Assembly: GCA_033549025.1 (NCBI GenBank)
Contig: JAWSUS010000029.1
Span: forward strand, 1 to 31,419
DNA: 31,419 bases
Reading direction: 5' to 3'
DNA from: Desulfuromonadales bacterium
Lineage (GTDB): Bacteria; Desulfobacterota; Desulfuromonadia; Desulfuromonadales; SZUA-540
Part shown: one piece after another, positions 1-8,996 of the stretch
How the letters are laid out: every line of letters starts with the position of its first letter
How positions within the stretch are numbered: the first letter of the stretch is position 1
Notes under the pieces: model-generated
Seen by the model: only the letters and a program-made list of their open reading frames with translations
What the model was told of the DNA's origin: nothing
Databases searched by the model: none
Program-made: the position numbers and the translations under genes

Positions 1-76
1 TTTGTGCATGACCATGTTTACAAAATCCTCCCCTCGATATTATCGGATTCTGTAAACAACGCGTCAATTTCTTACA
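1..76 (-). mobile_element. Terminal segment of an IS-like element (5'-(T)GTAAG end, IS66-like) inserted in the LysM/TsaP gene; rest lies outside the window
   Basis: Positions 1-76 are AT-richer with non-host codons, and host-like coding starts abruptly at 76-79. The minus strand reads (T)GTAAGAAA-TTGACG-N17-GATAAT-...GGAGGA-N10-ATG GTC ATG CAC AAA, i.e. an inward promoter, RBS and ORF start. A 14-bp inverted repeat lies at 15-28/45-58. Confidence 0.65.
39..67 (-). promoter_or_regulatory. sigma70-type promoter reading into the element (leftwards)
   Basis: On the minus strand, -35 TTGACG (67-62), a 17-nt spacer and -10 GATAAT (44-39), followed by SD GGAGGA (31-26) and ATG at 15-13. Confidence 0.65.
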
Positions 77-330
77 CCCTGAGCCAGTATGACGTGGTCT
101 ATCTGGATCAGGGGTCCAACAGCGGGCTGCAGATCGGCAACCTGCTGAACATCACCCGCGAGCGCGAAGCCTCGGATCTTGCCATCCAGAGTAAAAAACT
201 GACCCTTCCCGAAGTATTGCTGGGCGCGGCGGTGGTCATCGAAACCCGTCCCGAGTCGGCGTCTGCCCTGGTCCTCAAATCCGTGGCCCCCATGTATCGG
301 GGCGACCGCGTCACGGCTCTTACCGAGTAA
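76..330 (+). pseudogene. 3' fragment of a LysM-domain protein gene (TsaP-like, T4P secretin-associated), separated from its 5' part by an insertion
   Basis: C-terminal motifs DVVYLDxG...GxAVV...ASALVLKS...GDRV are typical of the LysM protein encoded upstream of dprA. The 25 upstream in-frame codons look foreign. Confidence 0.65.
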
Positions 331-367
331 GTTGCCGCCAACTGCGGCGACAGCAGATAAGACCCCT

Positions 368-401
368 CAAAAGGGCTGAAGTTCATTCTTCAGCCCTTTT
401 G
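368..401. terminator. Perfect 14-bp hairpin, bidirectional terminator-like
   Basis: CAAAAGGGCTGAAG-ttcatt-CTTCAGCCCTTTTG. Confidence 0.65.
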
Positions 402-423
402 CTTTCCCCGGAAGGAGGCTTTT

Positions 424-1521
424 TTGACAACGGAAGAACTCGGCTGGCTCCGCCTGCATCTGACCCCCGGGCTGGGGCGCGTCGGCCTGTTTCGGCTGGT
501 CGAGGCCTTCGGTTCGCTTGAAGCCATTCTGGAGGCCACCCCGACGGCCTGGGTCGCCAAAGCCCGGATTCGCGACAAAGTCGCCAAAAGCCGCCTGCCG
601 GCCGACAGTCCCGCCCTGGCGGAAAGGGCCCGACAGCTGGACCGGCTCGGCGTGAGCATCCTGAGCCTGTGGAATGACGAGCGCTACCCCGCTCTGCTGA
701 AAGCCATTCACGATCCTCCCGCCCTGCTCTATGTGCGGGGCCGACTCCCCGAACAGGACGGCTTCGCCATGGTCGGCTCGCGGCGGGCCACCGCCGCCTC
801 CCTGCGCTTCACCGAGAACCTGGCCGCCGAACTGGCCGCGCGGGACATCACCATCGTCAGCGGTCTGGCCCGGGGCATCGACTCGGCCGCCCACAGCGGC
901 GCCCTGCGGGGCGAAGGCCTGACCGTCGCCGTGCTCGGTTGCGGCATCGACCGCGTCTATCCCCCGGAGAACAGCCGCCTCTTTCAGGCCATCCTGGCGC
1001 AGGGGGCCGTCCTTACCGAACACGCCCCGGGCACGCCCCCGCTGGCCGGGCATTTCCCCGGCCGCAACCGCATCATCAGTGGCCTGTCCAGAGGCGTTCT
1101 GGTCGTGGAGGCCGCCGAAGGCAGCGGTTCGCTCATTACCGTCGAGTTCGCCCTCGAACAGGGGCGGGAGGTCTTTGCGGTGCCGGGCGCCGTCCATGCC
1201 CCCACCAGCGCCGGCACCAACCGCCTCATCAAGGAGGGCGCCCGGGTCGTCACGGAAGCGGTGGATATCCTTGAGGTATTGTGGCCCGGAACCCCGACCC
1301 GGCAGGCCCGCCAGCAGGACGATTCCTTCGCGGCCTCCCTCGATGAAACGGCCGGAAAAGTCTTCCGCCTGCTCGCGGCAGAACCGCTGCACATCGATGA
1401 ATTATCACGGAAATGCGGCTTGACACTCATGGATCTTTCCGCTATTTTACTGCACCTGGAACTCCGGGGAGGTGTCACGCAGCTACCCGGGATGCGTTAC
1501 ATTCGCGCCGTCAGGGACTGA
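424..1521 (+). CDS. dprA: DNA-processing protein DprA (Smf)
   Basis: Motifs YPxLLKxIHDPP, VGSR, IVSGLARGID, FPGRNRIISGLS, VVEA...SGSLIT, GREVFAVPG and a C-terminal winged helix. TTG start with GGAGG RBS. Confidence 0.96.
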   Translation: MTTEELGWLRLHLTPGLGRVGLFRLVEAFGSLEAILEATPTAWVAKARIRDKVAKSRLPADSPALAERARQLDRLGVSILSLWNDERYPALLKAIHDPPALLYVRGRLPEQDGFAMVGSRRATAASLRFTENLAAELAARDITIVSGLARGIDSAAHSGALRGEGLTVAVLGCGIDRVYPPENSRLFQAILAQGAVLTEHAPGTPPLAGHFPGRNRIISGLSRGVLVVEAAEGSGSLITVEFALEQGREVFAVPGAVHAPTSAGTNRLIKEGARVVTEAVDILEVLWPGTPTRQARQQDDSFAASLDETAGKVFRLLAAEPLHIDELSRKCGLTLMDLSAILLHLELRGGVTQLPGMRYIRAVRD

Positions 1522-1548
1522 AACCGTCCCATCAGAACAGGAGATTGC

Positions 1549-2016
1549 TTGAGAGAACGCGTTCTGGCCATTGTCAGCATTATTGCCCAGTATGTTCTGG
1601 AGATGAGAGATCAGCTCTCAGACAACGATATCGTCGAAGAGCTTCTGGCCGAGGGGTTCGAGGTCGAAGAAATCGATGCCGCCTTCAGCTGGATGAACAA
1701 GACCTCTTTCGAGCAGGAAGGCCGCGGCCCCGCTTCTCTGACCCTGCCGACGCAGCGCATCTTCACCCCGGAAGAAAACCGCGCCCTCTCCTCTGAAGCC
1801 CGCGGCTACCTCATCAAGCTGCGCGGGCTGGGGCTCATCGGCGACGAAGCCCAGGAAGAGATCATCGAACGGGCCCTGCAGATGGCGGAAGACGAGGTGT
1901 CGCTCAAAGAGATCAAAACCATCACCGCTCTCACCCTCTTCACCCACTCCCAGGACGCCTGGCTGCGCGATGCCGACTTCATCATGGAAGACGACTGGGC
2001 GCAACTTTACCACTGA
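1549..2016 (+). CDS. smg: Smg / DUF494 family protein
   Basis: L..EGF..EEI.AAFSW and RIFTPEE..AL..EARGYL..L..LG motifs; conserved position between dprA and topA; TTG start with GGAG RBS. Confidence 0.85.
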   Translation: MRERVLAIVSIIAQYVLEMRDQLSDNDIVEELLAEGFEVEEIDAAFSWMNKTSFEQEGRGPASLTLPTQRIFTPEENRALSSEARGYLIKLRGLGLIGDEAQEEIIERALQMAEDEVSLKEIKTITALTLFTHSQDAWLRDADFIMEDDWAQLYH

Positions 2017-2024
2017 TCCGACAG

Positions 2025-2053
2025 AGGCTGCGGGCGGAACCTGCAGCCTTTTT
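2025..2053 (+). terminator. Hairpin plus U-tract between smg and topA
   Basis: AGGCTGCGGG-cggaa-CCTGCAGCCT-TTTT (10-bp stem, one G-U pair). Confidence 0.5.
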
Positions 2054-2069
2054 CATTTTACGAGGTATC

Positions 2070-4442
2070 ATGTCAAGGTCTCTGGTGATCGTCGAATCAC
2101 CCGCAAAAGCGAAAACGATCGAGAAGTTTCTCGGCCCGGGCTTTAAAGTGCTGGCCTCTTACGGACACGTACGCGCCCTGCCGAGTAAACAGGGCTCCGT
2201 CGATGTGGAACACGATTTCCAACCGCGCTACCAGGTGCTGCCCGAAAGCCGCAAGCAGATCGATCTGCTCAAGAAGGAAGTGGAAAAGAGCGACGAACTG
2301 ATTCTGGCCACTGACTTGGACCGCGAGGGGGAAGCCATTGCCTGGCATCTGCTGAAGGCTCTGGACATCGACGAAGACTCCAGCGCCCCCAAGGTCAGGC
2401 GGGTGACCTTCCACGAGATCACCAAGGACGCCATCCAGAAGGCCATGGCCGAACCCCGCACCATCGCCAAGGATCTCGTCGATGCCCAGCAGGCCCGCTC
2501 CATTCTCGACTACCTGGTCGGCTTCAACCTCTCTCCTTTCCTGTGGAAAAAAATCCGCTACGGCCTTTCGGCCGGGCGCGTGCAGTCCGTCGCCCTGCGT
2601 CTGATCTGCGAACGGGAAAAGGAGATCGAGTCCTTCGAGGCGCGGGAATACTGGACCATCGAAGCCCGCCTCGAATCGACCGGCGGTCAGGCTTTCGCCG
2701 CGCGTCTTTTCTCCGTCGACGGCGAGAAACTGGATAAGTTCGCCATCGGCAATGAAGCACAGGCCAAGGAACTGGTCAGCGCTCTGGTCAAGGAGAATTG
2801 CCAGGTTGCCGACCTGGTGCAGAAACAGAAAAGGCGCAATCCGGCCCCGCCCTTCACCACCAGCACCCTGCAGCAGGAGGCCAGCCGCAAACTGGGCTTT
2901 TCGGCGCGCAAGACCATGTCCACGGCCCAGAAGCTGTATGAAGGCATCGATATCGGCGAGGGCTCCGTCGGCCTGATCACCTACATGCGTACGGACTCCG
3001 TCGCCCTGTCGGAAGTGGCGACGACCGAAGCCCGCGAGGTCATCACCCAGCTCTTCGGCCAGGAATACGCCTTGGCTACCCCGCGAACTTTCAAAAACAA
3101 GGCCAAGAATGCCCAGGAAGCCCACGAGGCCATTCGCCCGACCCTGGTCTCCAACACCCCCGACCAACTCAAGCGCTATCTCTCTTCGGACCAGTACCGC
3201 CTCTATCATCTGATCTGGACCCGGACCGTGGCCTCGCAGATGGCCGCCGCCATCCTTGACGCCACCACCGTGGATATCGCCGCCGGTCCGCGCTTTGTCC
3301 TGCGCGCCACCGGGCAGGTCATCCGCTTCCCCGGCTTCATGAAGCTCTACATCGAGGGCACTGACGACGCGGAAGAGGCCGAAGCCGGCTCCCTGCCGGC
3401 CCTGGCACTGGGCGAAGACGTGGTGCGCCGCGAAGTGACCCCCGAGCAGCACTTCACCCAGCCGCCGGCCCGCTTCACCGAGGCGAGCCTGGTCAAGACC
3501 CTGGAGGAGTACGGCATCGGCCGGCCCTCCACCTACGCCTCCATCATGAACACCCTGGTCACCCGCAAATACGTGCGCCTCGAAAAACGCACCTTCTTTG
3601 TCGAGGATGTCGGCCGGGTGGTCAACGATCTGCTGGTCAATCACTTTACCCAGTATGTCGACTACGACTTCACCGCCAAGCTGGAGGAGGACCTCGACGC
3701 CATCTCCCGCGGCGAGGAGAAATGGCGGCCGGTACTCAAGGACTTCTGGGAGCCCTTCATTGCCCTGCTGCGCCAGAAGGAGCAGGAGGTCAGCAAGGAG
3801 GACGTCACCACCGAAAAGACCGACCGAACCTGCCCCGAGTGCGGCAAGGAGTTGGTCATCAAGCTCGGTCGGGCCGGCAAATTCTACGCCTGCTCCGGCT
3901 TCCCCGACTGCCGGCACACCGAGCCCCTGTCGGCCGAAGAGCGCGAAGAACCGGTGATGTCGGAGGAGAAGTGCGACAAGTGCGGCGCCCCCATGCTCAT
4001 CAAGGATGGCCGCTACGGCAAGTTTCTCGCCTGCAGCGCCTATCCCGAGTGCAAGAACATCCAGCCGCTGGTCAAACCCAAGGCCCTGGGCATTACCTGC
4101 CCCGACTGCAAGGAAGGGGAACTGATGGAGAAGAAGAGCCGCTACGGCAAGATCTTCTACTCCTGCAACCGTTACCCCAAGTGCAAATACGCCCTCTGGG
4201 ATCAGCCCATCGACGAACCCTGCCCCAAATGCGGCTATCCGGTCATCGTCGAAAAGGTGACCAAACGCTACGGCACGTACCGCAAATGCCCCACGGAGAA
4301 CTGCGACTACAAGCTGGTGCTGGTCGAGCCGGAGAAGAAGGAAAAGGCCGCCCCGGCGAAAAAAGCGGCCGCCAAGAAGCCCGCCGCCAAAAAGGCGCCG
4401 GCCAAGAAATCTCCGGCCAAAAAATCAGGCAAAGATTCCTGA
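2070..4442 (+). CDS. topA: DNA topoisomerase I with zinc ribbons and a Lys/Ala-rich tail
   Basis: IVESPAKAKTI, ATDLDREGEAI, SAGRVQS, LITYMRTDS (catalytic Tyr), AQEAHEAIRP, GIGRPSTY and several C4 zinc ribbons. Confidence 0.98.
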   Translation: MSRSLVIVESPAKAKTIEKFLGPGFKVLASYGHVRALPSKQGSVDVEHDFQPRYQVLPESRKQIDLLKKEVEKSDELILATDLDREGEAIAWHLLKALDIDEDSSAPKVRRVTFHEITKDAIQKAMAEPRTIAKDLVDAQQARSILDYLVGFNLSPFLWKKIRYGLSAGRVQSVALRLICEREKEIESFEAREYWTIEARLESTGGQAFAARLFSVDGEKLDKFAIGNEAQAKELVSALVKENCQVADLVQKQKRRNPAPPFTTSTLQQEASRKLGFSARKTMSTAQKLYEGIDIGEGSVGLITYMRTDSVALSEVATTEAREVITQLFGQEYALATPRTFKNKAKNAQEAHEAIRPTLVSNTPDQLKRYLSSDQYRLYHLIWTRTVASQMAAAILDATTVDIAAGPRFVLRATGQVIRFPGFMKLYIEGTDDAEEAEAGSLPALALGEDVVRREVTPEQHFTQPPARFTEASLVKTLEEYGIGRPSTYASIMNTLVTRKYVRLEKRTFFVEDVGRVVNDLLVNHFTQYVDYDFTAKLEEDLDAISRGEEKWRPVLKDFWEPFIALLRQKEQEVSKEDVTTEKTDRTCPECGKELVIKLGRAGKFYACSGFPDCRHTEPLSAEEREEPVMSEEKCDKCGAPMLIKDGRYGKFLACSAYPECKNIQPLVKPKALGITCPDCKEGELMEKKSRYGKIFYSCNRYPKCKYALWDQPIDEPCPKCGYPVIVEKVTKRYGTYRKCPTENCDYKLVLVEPEKKEKAAPAKKAAAKKPAAKKAPAKKSPAKKSGKDS
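4353..4427 (+). repeat. Five in-frame 15-nt repeats encoding (P/A)AKK(A/P/S) in the TopA tail
   Basis: PAKKA AAKKP AAKKA PAKKS PAKKS. Confidence 0.85.
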
Positions 4443-4466
4443 GGCAGCAAAACCCGTTAGCTTGAC

Positions 4467-4491
4467 AAGCCGGGCCTTCGGGTCCGGCTTT
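4467..4491 (+). terminator. Hairpin with C(UUCG)G tetraloop after topA
   Basis: AAGCCGGGCC-TTCG-GGTCCGGCTT-T. Confidence 0.6.
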
Positions 4492-4538
4492 CCTGTTTGC
4501 ACAGCACTGCCCGGCCGCGTACCGGCCAGAGGGAACCC

Positions 4539-5882
4539 ATGGACGACATGAATCGCCTACATATCATCGGCGCTGGCCTGGCCGGCTGCGAAGCAGCCTG
4601 GCAGGCGGCTCAACAGGGCACGCCGGTCATCCTGTACGAAATGAAGCCGCAGCGCTTTTCTCCGGCCCACCAGTCCTCCAATCTGGCCGAACTGGTCTGT
4701 TCCAACAGCCTGCGCGGCACCGGTATGAACAACGCTGTCGGCTGTCTCAAAGAGGAGCTGCGCCGCTGCGGCACCCTGTTCATGGCGGCCGCCGACGCCA
4801 CCGCCGTGCCCGCCGGCGGGGCGCTCGCCGTCGATCGCGAGGCTTTCTCCGCCACCATCACCGACCGGATCACGGCCCACCCCCTCATCGAACTGCGCCG
4901 GGAGGAGATCACCCGCCTCACCGAGACCGGCACCGTCATCGTCGCTTCCGGCCCTTTGACCTCCGAGGCGCTGTCGCAGGATATCGCCCGTCGCACCGGT
5001 GCTGACCATCTCTATTTCTACGACGCCATCGCCCCCATCATTGAGGCGGACTCCATCGATTTCAGCCAGGCTTGGCGCGCCTCGCGCTACGGCAAGGGGG
5101 GGGACGACTATGTCAACTGCCCCCTGGATGAAGCCCAGTACCGTGCCTTCGTCGCCGCCCTCAAGGAGGCGGACAAGGTGGCGGCCAGGGACTTCGAAAA
5201 GATGATTCATTTCGAAGGCTGCATGCCCATCGAGGAGATGGCGGAACGCGGCGAGATGACCCTGGCTTTTGGTCCCATGAAGCCCGTCGGCCTGCCCGAT
5301 CCCCGCACCGGCCGGGAGCCCTTCGCCGTCATTCAGCTGCGACAGGATGATCGTCATGCCAGCCTCTACAACATCGTCGGCTTCCAGACCAAGCTGACCT
5401 ATCCCGAACAGCGCCGTATCTTCCGCACCATCCCCGGCCTGGAGCAGGCCCGCTTCGCCCGTCTGGGCAGTGTCCACCGCAACACATTCATCAACGCACC
5501 GACCTGTCTCACCCGCACCCTGCAGCTTCGCCAGGAGCCAAGGATCTTCTTCGCCGGGCAGATCACCGGGGTGGAAGGATATGTCGAATCGGCCGCCATG
5601 GGTTTTCTCGCCGGCCTCTTCGCGCCGCGCTGGGCCCAGGGCGCCCCCCTGCCGCTGCCGCCGTCGACCACGGCCCTGGGTGCTCTCCTCTCCCATCTGG
5701 CCGACTCCAGCCCCGAAGACTTCCAGCCGATGAATGTCAACTATGGTCTCTTTCCTCCCCTGGAAGGGCGCAAAATGAAGCGCGCCGACCGCCGCCTGGC
5801 CATGGCGGAGAGGGCATTGCAGGATCTGGAGGCGTGGCGAGCCGGTTCCCTGCTCGCAGGTCAGGAAAACTCGCCTGCCTAG
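4539..5882 (+). CDS. trmFO: Folate-dependent tRNA (uracil-54) methyltransferase TrmFO (Gid)
   Basis: [15 protein letters not shown]-binding motif, [45 protein letters not shown]. Start is 4539 or 4548. Confidence 0.96.
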   Translation: MDDMNRLHIIGAGLAGCEAAWQAAQQGTPVILYEMKPQRFSPAHQSSNLAELVCSNSLRGTGMNNAVGCLKEELRRCGTLFMAAADATAVPAGGALAVDREAFSATITDRITAHPLIELRREEITRLTETGTVIVASGPLTSEALSQDIARRTGADHLYFYDAIAPIIEADSIDFSQAWRASRYGKGGDDYVNCPLDEAQYRAFVAALKEADKVAARDFEKMIHFEGCMPIEEMAERGEMTLAFGPMKPVGLPDPRTGREPFAVIQLRQDDRHASLYNIVGFQTKLTYPEQRRIFRTIPGLEQARFARLGSVHRNTFINAPTCLTRTLQLRQEPRIFFAGQITGVEGYVESAAMGFLAGLFAPRWAQGAPLPLPPSTTALGALLSHLADSSPEDFQPMNVNYGLFPPLEGRKMKRADRRLAMAERALQDLEAWRAGSLLAGQENSPA

Positions 5883-6144
5883 ACGAACGGACATGGTGAT
5901 AAGCCCCACTTGTCGGGCATATAAACACTTGCCCTGATGAGGCAAATCTAACGCTCTCTTTTGTCCTGCCTCTGGAAACCGCCCCAACCGTCGGCACCGA
6001 CCACCGAACCGTCGCTACGGCCGCAAGGACTCCCCCAAAAAGAACCCCAGAATCAATCGGTTGCCTGCCCCTGTCGCGCATCTGACCACCCCCCCCTTTT
6101 TCGTTTTTCCGGCCAAGAAAAAAGTCGCAGGGTGCGGGAAAAGA

Positions 6145-6161
6145 CAGGAACAGTATTTGCT
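6145..6161 (+). promoter_or_regulatory. Putative sigma54 (-24/-12) promoter of the diguanylate cyclase
   Basis: CAGGAACAGTATTTGCT gives GG-N10-GC with TTGCT, 60 nt upstream of the ATG. Confidence 0.5.
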
Positions 6162-6221
6162 TTGTCCTCCTGAACGTTGTATTTTAATACATCCCATCAC
6201 CCAGAGAGGGCGGGCGCATTT

Positions 6222-8240
6222 ATGGAGCGGCAAACAGGTCCAGGTTCGATAAACCTGCGGGACTTGCTGGATCATCTCAGCAGGAACCCCTTGCTGCGGA
6301 ACTTTCGTCTGGCTCTTTACCGCCAGGGCGAATACCTGGAACCGACCCGCCGAACGGCCTTCGAGAGCTGCAGCCGTCAGACAGACCAGGATGTTTCACC
6401 CTGCGGCTCCTCCTGCCACCAGCTTAGAGAGAGCACCTTTCAGAGAGTGCTGGCCGCCGGCCGGCCCCTTGTCTTCCTGAGCCCCTGCGGCACCCCCAAT
6501 CTCGCCATTCCTTTCACCATGCCAGAGACCTCGGCTTACTGTCTGCTGGCCGAAGCCTTTCCGCCGGCCACTCAGCCCGACGGACAGGGCAAAGAGCAGG
6601 ACGGGCGCCCATCCGCACCCTTTATCGCCCCCGACCTGGCCAAAGCGAAAAGCATTGCCACCTGTATCCACCAGCAGATTCCTACCCTGCTGCGCCAGGA
6701 CCTGCGACTTGTGAATCTGGAAAAAACCGCGTCTCGCCTGCGCACGCTGGTGGACATTTCCAGAGAGATGGATTTGCTGGCGACCGACGGCGAGATCGTC
6801 GACCTGCTCAAAGAGGCGCTGGTCATCCTGTTTGATCTCTCCAGCCTCACCATTTTAACGGGAGACCCGGCGGCGTCCGGCTTTATTCTTCAACAGTCCT
6901 CGAGTTGGCCGGAGACCGATGCTTCGCCTTCTGCCCGAAAAGTATCCGAGTTCCTCCGCCAGAACCCGTGCGGCAAACCTGTCTCCCTCGGCGAAGAGAT
7001 CAACCTGCTTTTGCCCGGCAAAGCCTGCCGCGGGGCCCTGACTATCCCCCTGGTGGTCAGCGGGCAGCCCCTGGGTCTGGTCATCCTTCAGGAGACGACA
7101 GTGCCGGCCGGCGATCTCAGCCTGCTGGAGCTTCTCTGCGCCAAAGCCGCCAGCCGCCTGCATATTCTCAAGCTCGAGAGGGAGCGTCTGGAAGCCAGCG
7201 CCCTTTCCACCCGCATGGTCACCATGGTCAGCGCCCTGGCCCAGTTCAGACAGCAGGAAGAGGTCTATCGAAACATCGTGGAAATGTCGGCGGAGCTGCT
7301 CCACGCCACCTGCGGCTCTCTCATGCTGCTGGATGATAAAGGCGAGTTTCTCCGCATCGAATCGGCCAAGGGCATGAATCAGCCTCTGGCCAGGAGCCTG
7401 AGCATCAAACTCGGCACCGGCATCGCCGGCCGTGTGGCCAAAAACGGCTTTCCTCTGGTCGTCAACGATATTGAAAAGGATTGCCGTCTCGCCACCCCCA
7501 ATCGGCCCCGTTTCAAAACCAAGTCCTTCATCAGTGTCCCCGTCAGGATCAAGGACCGCACCGTCGGGGTGCTCAACCTCTCCGATAAGGAGGACCAGGG
7601 GATATTCAACGAGAACGATCTGCAAATTCTCACGTCTTTCACCGCGCAGATTGCCATCGTGCTGGACCGGGCCGCCTCCATGGAGAGAGCCGACATTCTG
7701 GAAAAACTCGCCGCCACCGATGCTCTCACCGGCCTGTACAACCGCCGCTTTTTTGATGAACGCCTCGACAGCGAGCTGAGTCGAAGCATCCGTCACAGTC
7801 TGAGCTTTTCCATCATGCTGCTCGATCTGGACAACTTTAAAAATTACAACGACCTCTGCGGCCACATCGCCGGGGACAATGCCCTTAAGCAGGTGGCCTC
7901 CTTGTTCAAATCCTCGGGACGGGACATCGACGTGGTCGCCCGCTTCGGTGGAGAAGAATTTATCATTCTGCTGCCGGACACCACGAAAAAAGAGGCCATG
8001 CTGGTGGCGGAGCGCGTCCGCCGTGCCATTGAAAGCCACCCCTTCCCGCAGGAGGACCAGCTGCCGGGCGGCCAGTTGACCACCAGTATCGGCCTGGCGG
8101 CCTTTCCCGACGATGGCGAGTTTGCCCAGGCGCTGATCGAAGCGGCGGATACGGCCCTCTACCAGGCCAAGGAGAAAGGCCGGAACTGTACGGTGCCCTT
8201 CACCCGAAAACAAACGCACGACAATGTTGTCTTTCTCTAG
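6222..8240 (+). CDS. Cytoplasmic diguanylate cyclase (degenerate PocR-like N-terminus, two GAF domains, GGDEF)
   Basis: TDALTGLYNRR, DLDNFKNYND..GH.AGD, I-site RDID, active site GGEEF, ADTALYQAKEKGRN; GAF signature G.GIAGRVA..G.PL. Confidence 0.92.
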   Translation: MERQTGPGSINLRDLLDHLSRNPLLRNFRLALYRQGEYLEPTRRTAFESCSRQTDQDVSPCGSSCHQLRESTFQRVLAAGRPLVFLSPCGTPNLAIPFTMPETSAYCLLAEAFPPATQPDGQGKEQDGRPSAPFIAPDLAKAKSIATCIHQQIPTLLRQDLRLVNLEKTASRLRTLVDISREMDLLATDGEIVDLLKEALVILFDLSSLTILTGDPAASGFILQQSSSWPETDASPSARKVSEFLRQNPCGKPVSLGEEINLLLPGKACRGALTIPLVVSGQPLGLVILQETTVPAGDLSLLELLCAKAASRLHILKLERERLEASALSTRMVTMVSALAQFRQQEEVYRNIVEMSAELLHATCGSLMLLDDKGEFLRIESAKGMNQPLARSLSIKLGTGIAGRVAKNGFPLVVNDIEKDCRLATPNRPRFKTKSFISVPVRIKDRTVGVLNLSDKEDQGIFNENDLQILTSFTAQIAIVLDRAASMERADILEKLAATDALTGLYNRRFFDERLDSELSRSIRHSLSFSIMLLDLDNFKNYNDLCGHIAGDNALKQVASLFKSSGRDIDVVARFGGEEFIILLPDTTKKEAMLVAERVRRAIESHPFPQEDQLPGGQLTTSIGLAAFPDDGEFAQALIEAADTALYQAKEKGRNCTVPFTRKQTHDNVVFL

Positions 8241-8299
8241 CCTTCCCTGCTATCCTGCCTGACATTTTTGTACCCTTTTACGGCAGGAGGCTTATTACC

Positions 8300-8959
8300 A
8301 TGCCCACCCTCGACTCTTCCCTGGCGCCCTTCGCTCCTGACGGCATCGTGCTGGCCTCGGCCTCGCCGCGCCGGCGCGAACTGCTCGCGTCTCTGTCCAT
8401 TCCCTTTACGGCCATCCCCAGCACGGTGGATGAGCAGGAAGGCCCCGGCGAAACGCCGGAAGAGCATGTACTGCGCCTGGCCCGCGAAAAAGCGCTGGAG
8501 GTCGCCTCCCGCCCTGCCGTAAGCGGACGCTGGTTTCTCGGGAGCGACACCGTCGTCCTGCGGGACGATACCCTGCTCGGCAAGCCTGCGGATGCGAAGG
8601 AGGCGGCGGCCATGCTGCGCTCCCTCTCCGGCCGGAGCCACCGCGTCCTCTCCTCCTATGCCATTTATGACCGCCAGCAGCGCACGTTCGTCTCCGGCGT
8701 CGTCTCCACCCGCGTGAGGTTCAAGGAGTTGACAGAGCAGGAGATTGCGGGGTACATTGCGACTTCCGAACCCTTTGATAAAGCGGGAGCTTACGCCATC
8801 CAGGGGATTGGGGCCTTTATGATCCTGGGGATCGAGGGGAGCTATACCAATGTGGTCGGGTTGCCCCTGTGTGAAGTGGTTGAGGCGCTCGAACGCATCG
8901 GCGCCCTTCGCCTCTTCGCCGGTCTGCCCGAGACGGCAACGTCACCGTCCGCCTCCTGA
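8300..8959 (+). CDS. maf: Maf family nucleoside triphosphate pyrophosphatase (YhdE-type)
   Basis: LASASPRRRELL, GSDTVV, LGKP, LSGRSH, DKAGAYAIQG, NVVGLP; GGAGG RBS. Confidence 0.95.
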   Translation: MPTLDSSLAPFAPDGIVLASASPRRRELLASLSIPFTAIPSTVDEQEGPGETPEEHVLRLAREKALEVASRPAVSGRWFLGSDTVVLRDDTLLGKPADAKEAAAMLRSLSGRSHRVLSSYAIYDRQQRTFVSGVVSTRVRFKELTEQEIAGYIATSEPFDKAGAYAIQGIGAFMILGIEGSYTNVVGLPLCEVVEALERIGALRLFAGLPETATSPSAS

Positions 8960-8996
8960 TTCCCTGCTGAGCCTGCCTCCCACGGCGAGGGACACC

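Noticed and set aside
4..330. ORF-track 108-aa protein as a complete gene
   Set aside because: The first ~24 codons belong to the inserted element; only the 3' part is real host coding sequence.
2097..3917. Long antisense ORFs (this one, 4557-5987, 6855-8219, 9637-11055, 14015-15508, 24279-25625 and others)
   Set aside because: Shadow frames of well-supported genes in GC-rich DNA, with no recognisable motifs.
4353..4427. AKK repeats in TopA as a novelty
   Set aside because: Lys/Ala-rich TopA tails are already known from several bacterial lineages.
5895..5985. CTGATGA...GAAA suggesting a hammerhead ribozyme or fluoride riboswitch
   Set aside because: Stem II is not directly followed by GAAA, the fluoride pseudoknot pairing is missing, and no fluoride-related gene follows.
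7800..7960. Hypr (cGAMP-making) GGDEF enzyme of the Geobacter GacA type
   Set aside because: The specificity position keeps Asp (GHIAGD) rather than Ser/Thr, so it is a canonical c-di-GMP cyclase.
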